Below, piece by piece: positions 34,392 through 39,875 of a stretch of DNA of 39,875 nt. Numbering within the stretch: position 1 is the first letter of the stretch; every line of letters starts with the position of its first letter. Below the pieces are notes generated by a model, which was not told the origin of the DNA, did not search any database, and saw nothing but the letters and a program-made list of their open reading frames with translations. A program made the position numbers and the translations under genes. Origin of the DNA: Frankiales bacterium (lineage in GTDB: Bacteria > Actinomycetota > Actinomycetes > Mycobacteriales > SCTD01); NCBI GenBank assembly GCA_043784245.1, contig JAYVYM010000227.1, positions 1-39,875 of the forward strand, read 5' to 3'.

Positions 34392-35126
34392 TCAGCGGTG
34401 CGCGACCGGGAGGAGGTCGTGCTGGTTCGCGGGCAGCACGTGGTCCTGGCTGTGCAGGGCGAGCCCGCGGGCGTAGCGCCGGGTGATGTCGGGCATCGCG
34501 TTGTCGGTCTCCCCGACGCCGAAGACCGTGCCGGGGTAGTCCAGCGGGCCGATCAGGTCGCGGATGCGCTCCCACTCGCCGGGCGGGACGAGCTGGGCCG
34601 GGTCGCCGCCGGCGAACCAGCCCATCGGCACGACCACGCGACCGCCCACGACGGTGTTGACGTGCACGACCGCGTGGAACTCGACCTCTGCCCCCACCTC
34701 GATGCGGGCGCCGTTGAACACCACGGCCCCGGTGCCGATTCTGGTCTCACCCTCGACCACGCACCCCGTCAGCGAGGCGTGCGGGCCGACCAGGACGTGG
34801 TCGCCGAGCCGCATCGGGTGCCGCGGCACCCCGCGAACGACGGCGTTCTCCATGATCACGCAATGCGCACCGATCTCGACGGGACCGCCCTCGGCAGTGA
34901 CCACCGCCCCGAACAGCACCCGGCTGTGCGGGCCGACCGTGACGTCCCCGCACAGCACGGCCGTCGGCGCGACGTACGCCGACTCGGCGACCCGCGGGCT
35001 CTTCATGCGGTGCCGAATGAAGACCGCATCCCGGCCGACAGCTCTGGCCGTCGTGACGTACTGCTCCGCCGTGTCCACCATGATCAGCCCCACATCCCCG
35101 GCACCGGCCGCCATCGGTGCCCGCAT
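34392..35126 (-). CDS. Left-handed beta-helix (hexapeptide repeat) protein, gamma-carbonic-anhydrase/PaaY-like
   Basis: AYVAPTAVLCGDVTVGPHSRVLFGAVV...IGAHCVIMENAVV...GDHVLVGPHASLTGCVV are hexapeptide repeats. The start is uncertain (ATG 35126, 35081 or 35006). G/C content at third codon positions stays high up to 35126. Confidence 0.75.
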   Translation of the reverse strand: MRAPMAAGAGDVGLIMVDTAEQYVTTARAVGRDAVFIRHRMKSPRVAESAYVAPTAVLCGDVTVGPHSRVLFGAVVTAEGGPVEIGAHCVIMENAVVRGVPRHPMRLGDHVLVGPHASLTGCVVEGETRIGTGAVVFNGARIEVGAEVEFHAVVHVNTVVGGRVVVPMGWFAGGDPAQLVPPGEWERIRDLIGPLDYPGTVFGVGETDNAMPDITRRYARGLALHSQDHVLPANQHDLLPVAHR

Positions 35127-35244
35127 CGCGCGTGACCCCGGGCCGGTTTCGCGCTGCGGACGCTAGACCTCGGGGCACCGGCGCAGCAAGCCTTGCCGGC
35201 CCGGGTGCTCGCTACCGTGGCCGGGCTGCCCTACGGTCCCGGAC

Positions 35245-35424
35245 ATGACCCGGTACCGATTCCTCGACGCGATGGGCGACATCGTCGCGGAGAACGAGTT
35301 CGCCGAGCACGCGAAGGCCTTGACCTGGGCGGTCGACGAGGAGGGGCCAGAACAGGAGGTACAGCGAGTGGAGTACCTCGGCCCCGAGGGCGACTGGCGG
35401 TGGGCGGGGGCCCTGCACAGCTGA
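35245..35424 (+). CDS. Hypothetical small acidic protein (59 aa)
   Basis: My own translation: MTRYRFLDAMGDIVAENEFAEHAKALTWAVDEEGPEQEVQRVEYLGPEGDWRWAGALHS. Strong G/C bias at third codon positions. It is below the track length cutoff. No clear SD and no recognised homolog. Confidence 0.35.
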   Translation: MTRYRFLDAMGDIVAENEFAEHAKALTWAVDEEGPEQEVQRVEYLGPEGDWRWAGALHS

Positions 35425-35445
35425 GCCGGCCGACACACCAACTGG

Positions 35446-37080
35446 TCAGGCGTCCTGCAGGTCCGCACCGGCCCGGCGCAGGGTGAAGCCGTCGTAGCCG
35501 TCGGCGACCACCTTCTCCAGGATCCGGCGGTAGCCGCGGACCCCGCCGACGTACGGCATGAAGACCCGCGGCTTGCCGGGCACCTCGTCGCCGTTGTAGT
35601 ACGACCTTGCCAGCGGGTAGAGGGTCTCCTGGGCGCGCTCGTTGACGTGCGCGACCCAGCCGCGCTCAGCGTCCTCGGTCGGCTCGACCACGGTGGCGTG
35701 CTCGGCGCGGACGTGTGTCAGCAGGTCGGCGATCCAGTCGACGTGCTGCTCGGTGGACAGCAGCACGTTGCTGAGCAGCGACGGGCTGCCGGGCCCGGCG
35801 ATGATGAACAGGTTCGGGAATCCGGAGACCATGACCCCGAGATAGGTGGCCGGCCCGCCCGACCACTTCTGCGCGAGCGTCACGCCGTCGCGGCCCACGA
35901 TCTCCGGGCGCAGCAACGAACCGGTCAGGGCGTCGAAACCGGTCGCGAAGACGATCATGTCGAGCTGGTGGTGCGCGGCCGAGGTCCGGATGCCGGTCGG
36001 GGTGATCTCCTGGATCGGGTGGCTGCGGATATCGGCGAGCGTGACGTTGTCTCGGTTGAACGTCTCGAAGTAGCCGCTGTCCACCGAGGGGCGCTTCGCG
36101 GCGAACGGGAAGTCCCGCGGCATCAGCTGCTCGCGGGTCTGCGGGTCCTGGACGGCGCCGGCAATCTTGCTACGGATGAAGTCGGCTGCGGTGTCGTTGG
36201 CCTGCTGGTCGCGCAGCAGGTCGTAGTAGGCCAGCGCGAAGCCGAACCCGGCGTGCGTCCAGGACTGCTCGTAGTGCGCGGTGCGCTCGTCGCTGCCCAC
36301 CTCGAGTGCCGACTGCCGGTTGGCCGGCACCGACAGCCCGCTGGGGGAGTTGCGGGCCGCCTCGCGGCGCTGCCGGTACGTCGCCTTGACCTCCGCATCC
36401 CGCTCGTCGGTGAGTGGGCCGTTGGTGGCCGGCACGCTGAAGTTGGCGGTGCGCTGGAAGACCGTGAGGTGCGCTGCCTGCTCGGCCAGGATCGGGATCA
36501 TCTGCATGCCTGAGGAGCCGGTGCCGATGATCCCGACCCGCTTGCCGGCGAAATCGACACTCTCGGGCCAGCGCGCCGAGTGGTGGATCTCGCCGGTGAA
36601 CAGCTCCTGACCAGGCAGTACGGGGTTCTTCGTGGTCGACAGCTGCCCGGTGGCCATGACGACGTAGCGGGCGCTCCACAGGGCGCCGGCCTCGGTCCGC
36701 ACCGACCAGCGCCCGTCGGCTTCGTCCCAGGCGGCCTGCGTCATCCGCTGGTGGAGGTGCACATCGCGCCGCAGGTCGAAGCGGTCGGCGACGTGGTGGA
36801 TGTAACGCAGGATCTCCGGCTGGGTGGCGTAGCGCTCGCTCCAGCGCCACTCCTGCTCGAGCTCCTCGGAGAAGGAGTAGGAGTAGTCGTAGCTCTCCAC
36901 GTCGCAGCGGGCCCCGGGATAGCGGTTCCAGAACCACACGCCGCCGACATCGCTGCCGGCCTCGAGAACGGCCACGCGCAGACCGCGTTCCCGCAGGGTG
37001 TGCAGGCTGCGCAGCCCGGCAAAGCCGGCACCCACGACGACGACGTCGACGACGGTGGCGTTCTGGACGGGCTGCGTCAT
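35446..37080 (-). CDS. Baeyer-Villiger (flavin-containing) monooxygenase
   Basis: VVVGAGFAGL FAD fold, BVMO fingerprint FTGEIHHSARWP, second Rossmann fold VGIIGTGSSG. ATG 37080 has a GAGGAG RBS. The track extension to 37311 is not supported. Confidence 0.9.
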   Translation of the reverse strand: MTQPVQNATVVDVVVVGAGFAGLRSLHTLRERGLRVAVLEAGSDVGGVWFWNRYPGARCDVESYDYSYSFSEELEQEWRWSERYATQPEILRYIHHVADRFDLRRDVHLHQRMTQAAWDEADGRWSVRTEAGALWSARYVVMATGQLSTTKNPVLPGQELFTGEIHHSARWPESVDFAGKRVGIIGTGSSGMQMIPILAEQAAHLTVFQRTANFSVPATNGPLTDERDAEVKATYRQRREAARNSPSGLSVPANRQSALEVGSDERTAHYEQSWTHAGFGFALAYYDLLRDQQANDTAADFIRSKIAGAVQDPQTREQLMPRDFPFAAKRPSVDSGYFETFNRDNVTLADIRSHPIQEITPTGIRTSAAHHQLDMIVFATGFDALTGSLLRPEIVGRDGVTLAQKWSGGPATYLGVMVSGFPNLFIIAGPGSPSLLSNVLLSTEQHVDWIADLLTHVRAEHATVVEPTEDAERGWVAHVNERAQETLYPLARSYYNGDEVPGKPRVFMPYVGGVRGYRRILEKVVADGYDGFTLRRAGADLQDA

Positions 37081-37252
37081 GCGGGTCTCCTCGCGCGTGT
37101 CCGGCCTGTCACGGTAGAGACAGTCCCCGATCCCGTCAACGGGTACGTTGATCAGACCGGTACCGCGTCGGGCCGGTGCCTGCGCGCTCGGGGGGCGGCT
37201 ACGGTCGCGTCCTCGCGCCTGCGGACAGCCGGCGCCGACCAGCGGAGCACTG

Positions 37253-38020
37253 ATGAACCTGTTCGACCTCACCGGCAAGGTCGCCCTGGTGACCGGGGGT
37301 ACCCGCGGCATCGGGCTGATGGTCGCGCGGGGCCTGCTGCAGGCCGGTGCGAGCGTCTACGTCAGCTCCCGCAAGGCCGAGGCCGGCGAGCAGGCCGTGC
37401 AGGAGCTCGCGCCGTACGGCCAGGTGGTCAGCCTGCCCGCCGACGTGTCCCGCGAGCAGGAGTGCCTACGACTGGCGGCGGAGGTCGCGGACCGGGAGGA
37501 CCACCTCGACGTGCTGGTCAACAACGCCGGCGCGACGTGGGGCGAGGCCCTGGAGACCTTCCCGGAGTCGGGGTGGGACAAGGTCGTCGACCTCAACCTC
37601 AAAGCACCGTTCTTCCTCTCCCGGGCGTGCCTGCCGCTGCTGACGGCCGCTGCGACCGCGGACGAACCCTCGCGGATCATCAACATCGGCAGCATCGACG
37701 GTCTGCGGGTGCCGGAGCTCTCGACCTACTCCTATTCCTCGACCAAGGCCGCCGTGCATCACCTGACCCGCGTACTGGCCAAGGAGCTGGGGCCGCGGCA
37801 CGTCACCGTCAACGCGATCGCCCCGGGGCCGTTCCCGTCGCGAATGATGGCGGCGACCCTGCAGGAGCACGGGGACGCCATCGCCGCGACCTCGCCGCTC
37901 GGTCGGATCGGTCGCGACGACGACATGGCCGGCGCGGCCGTGTACCTGGCCAGCCGGGCCGGCGCGTACGTGACGGGAGCCGTGCTGCCGGTCGACGGCG
38001 GGATCTGGACGACGAGGTAA
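37253..38020 (+). CDS. SDR family oxidoreductase
   Basis: VTGGTRGIG cofactor motif, NNAG, catalytic YSSTK (YxxxK). ATG 37253 with GGAG upstream. Confidence 0.88.
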   Translation: MNLFDLTGKVALVTGGTRGIGLMVARGLLQAGASVYVSSRKAEAGEQAVQELAPYGQVVSLPADVSREQECLRLAAEVADREDHLDVLVNNAGATWGEALETFPESGWDKVVDLNLKAPFFLSRACLPLLTAAATADEPSRIINIGSIDGLRVPELSTYSYSSTKAAVHHLTRVLAKELGPRHVTVNAIAPGPFPSRMMAATLQEHGDAIAATSPLGRIGRDDDMAGAAVYLASRAGAYVTGAVLPVDGGIWTTR

Positions 38021-38026
38021 GCGGTC

Positions 38027-38779
38027 TCAGCCGCGCGGACCACCGGCGGCGTACAGCACCTGGCCGGTGATGAAGCCCGAGCGCTCGTCGGCGAAGAAGG
38101 CCACCGCGTGCGCGATGTCCTCGGGCCGGCCGGAACGGCCGACCGGGATGTCGCGGAGCATGTCGCGCTCGACGTCCGCCAGCGTCCGACCGGCCCGCTC
38201 GGCCATCGACCGGGTCATCTCGGTCACCGTGAAGCCGGGCGCGACGACGTTGGCGGTGATGCCGTACGGACCCAGCTCCAGCGCCATCGTCCTGGTCAAG
38301 CCGAACAGGCCGGCCTTGGCGGCGGCGTAGTTGGCCTGCCCGACGGTGCCCAGGGCGGCGATGCTGGACAGGTTCACGATGCGCCCCCAGCGGGCCGGCG
38401 TCATGTGCCGCTGCGCCTCCCGGCTCATCAGGAAGGCTGCTCTGAGATTGACGTCGAGCACGGTGTCCCAGTCGGCGACGCTCATCTTGAACATCAGCCC
38501 GTTGCGCAGCACCCCGGCGTTGTTGACCAGCACCACGGGCGGCCCGAGCTCGTCCGCCACCCGCTGCACGGCCGCGCCCGCGGACTGCTCGTCGCTGACG
38601 TCCGCCGCGACCGCGAGCGCCCGGCGTCCGTGGCTCGTCACGGCCAGCACGGTCGCGGCGCAGGCGGCCTCCTCCAGGTCGAGCACGGCGATGTCGAGAC
38701 CGTCCGCGGCCAGCCGGACGGCGATCGCGGCCCCGATCCCGCGAGCGGCGCCGGTGACGATCGCCACCTTGGCGGTCAC
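38027..38779 (-). CDS. SDR family oxidoreductase (3-oxoacyl-ACP reductase FabG-like)
   Basis: VTGAARGIG, NNAG, catalytic YAAAKAG. The GTG start overlaps the upstream acyl-CoA synthetase stop (GTGA). Confidence 0.9.
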   Translation of the reverse strand: MTAKVAIVTGAARGIGAAIAVRLAADGLDIAVLDLEEAACAATVLAVTSHGRRALAVAADVSDEQSAGAAVQRVADELGPPVVLVNNAGVLRNGLMFKMSVADWDTVLDVNLRAAFLMSREAQRHMTPARWGRIVNLSSIAALGTVGQANYAAAKAGLFGLTRTMALELGPYGITANVVAPGFTVTEMTRSMAERAGRTLADVERDMLRDIPVGRSGRPEDIAHAVAFFADERSGFITGQVLYAAGGPRG

Positions 38780-39875
38780 GGCTGCCCCAGGTCGGCGAGG
38801 GCCCGCTCGGCGAGCAGGAACTTGCGGGGTCTGCCACTAGGCGTCGACGGGACGTCTCCGGCGTCGATCGGCAGGACGTACCTGGGCACCTTGAACTTCG
38901 CGAGCCGCTCCGCGCAGTACACCCGCAGCTCCTCCGGCGTGACCGGCGCCCCCCCGCGGAGCACGACGTACGCCACCCCGACCTCGCCCATCCGCCGATC
39001 CGGCAGCGGGACGACGTGCGCCTGGACGACGGCCGGATGCCCGGTGAGGACGTCCTCGATCTCTTTCGGGACGACCTGCTCCCCGCCGCAGCGGTAGCAG
39101 TCCTTCTTGCGCCCGACGAGGGTGAGGTAGTCGTCGTCGTCGAGCCGCCCCAGGTCACCGGTACGCAGCCAGCCGTCGCTGTCGAAGGCCGCGGCGTCCT
39201 CCTCGGGCTTTCGGTAGTAGCCGGGCGTGACACCCGGCCCCTTGACGAGCAGCTCGCCGACCGAACCCCGCGGCAGCTCCTGCGAGGTCTCGGGGTCGAC
39301 AACCCGGTACACCGCAAGGCGGCCACCGAGCCCGGGGTCACCGGCGATCCCGACGTCACGCAGCCGGCCGTTGGTGGTGAGCAGGCGCTCGCGGGGGTCG
39401 TCGGGCCGGGTGACCGTGGTGGAGGCGGTGGTCTCGCTCATGCCATAACCGGTCGTGACCTCCCGGGGCTGCAGCAGGGCGAAGATCTGCGCCCAGATCC
39501 ACTCCGGCGACTGGCCGCCCGAGGAGATCACCGAGGTCAGGCTGGACAGGTCGTAGCTGCCCTCGCGCAGTGCGTCGAGGACGGCCATCGTCATCACCGG
39601 GATGAGCAGGACGTCGTCGGCCCCGTGGCGCTCGATGCCCTGCAGGGTGTGGACCGGGTCGAAGGCGAGCTGCGGCACGACCGAGCCGCCGACGAACAGG
39701 GCTGCGAGCAGGCCCTCGACGTAGCCGTACACGTGGTACATCGGCAGCGAGAACAGGATCCGGCGGCCATCCTGGAAGGCCCGACCGTAGGCGCTGCCGT
39801 ACGCCGTGCGCAGCAGCATGTCGTGGGTGAGCAGGACGCCCTTCGGGCTGCCGGTCGTGCCGGAGGTGTAGAGGA
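38776..39875 (-). CDS. AMP-dependent acyl-CoA synthetase/ligase (5' end outside the window)
   Basis: The reverse complement of the window end reads LYTSGTTGSPKGVLLTHDMLL (AMP-binding P-loop), continuous with the track ORF. Also TGYGMSET, GWLRTGDLG, and the C-terminal KFKVPR. Confidence 0.88.
   Translation of the reverse strand, partial: LYTSGTTGSPKGVLLTHDMLLRTAYGSAYGRAFQDGRRILFSLPMYHVYGYVEGLLAALFVGGSVVPQLAFDPVHTLQGIERHGADDVLLIPVMTMAVLDALREGSYDLSSLTSVISSGGQSPEWIWAQIFALLQPREVTTGYGMSETTASTTVTRPDDPRERLLTTNGRLRDVGIAGDPGLGGRLAVYRVVDPETSQELPRGSVGELLVKGPGVTPGYYRKPEEDAAAFDSDGWLRTGDLGRLDDDDYLTLVGRKKDCYRCGGEQVVPKEIEDVLTGHPAVVQAHVVPLPDRRMGEVGVAYVVLRGGAPVTPEELRVYCAERLAKFKVPRYVLPIDAGDVPSTPSGRPRKFLLAERALADLGQP

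Noticed and set aside
1-39875. Search for CRISPR arrays, tRNA/rRNA genes, IS elements, integrases, toxin-antitoxin pairs or known defence genes.
   Set aside because: I found no repeat-spacer periodicity, no cloverleaf-like or rRNA-like AT-richer structured segments, and no transposase, integrase or nuclease motifs in any frame.

Overview
Very GC-rich, Actinobacteria-like chromosomal segment. Third codon positions are overwhelmingly G/C, which produces many long spurious alternate-frame ORFs. The window is densely coding, with about 35 genes. I found no rRNA, tRNA, CRISPR array, transposase or integrase. Content from left to right: (1) A minus-strand, translationally coupled operon gap-porG-porA-porB plus a GltD-like Fe-S flavoprotein (2-oxoacid:ferredoxin oxidoreductase without a delta subunit). 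It is divergent from ppsA, and a 16-bp-arm inverted repeat sits in the shared intergenic region. (2) ppsA is followed 12 nt later by a P1B-5-type P-type ATPase (TPCP motif, C-terminal hemerythrin-like domain). (3) A long minus-strand string: P2-type ATPase, arcA, arcB, arcC (arginine deiminase pathway), stand-alone Pat-type GNAT, a 48-codon ORF, an ftsH-like protease, and a CtpE-like P-type ATPase. (4) A decayed Zn-alcohol dehydrogenase pseudogene. (5) Two tandem ABC-2 exporter pairs. (6) Two tandem ANTAR-domain genes with structured leaders. (7) SPFH/stomatin, a YflT-like membrane protein and an mgtA-type Mg2+ ATPase. (8) A three-gene operon encoding a small TM protein, a di-haem cytochrome b N-domain protein, and a subunit-IV-like membrane protein with a ~270-aa extracytoplasmic insertion. 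It has no Rieske or cytochrome c partner, and it is my best candidate for an undescribed module. (9) A C-terminal remnant of an SNF2 helicase. (10) An LbH protein, a Baeyer-Villiger monooxygenase, two SDRs and a partial acyl-CoA synthetase. Overall theme (inference): an anaerobic or low-energy survival and ion-homeostasis island, with four P-type ATPases of four subfamilies plus FtsH and SPFH. All functional calls rest on motif recognition by eye; no database search was run.
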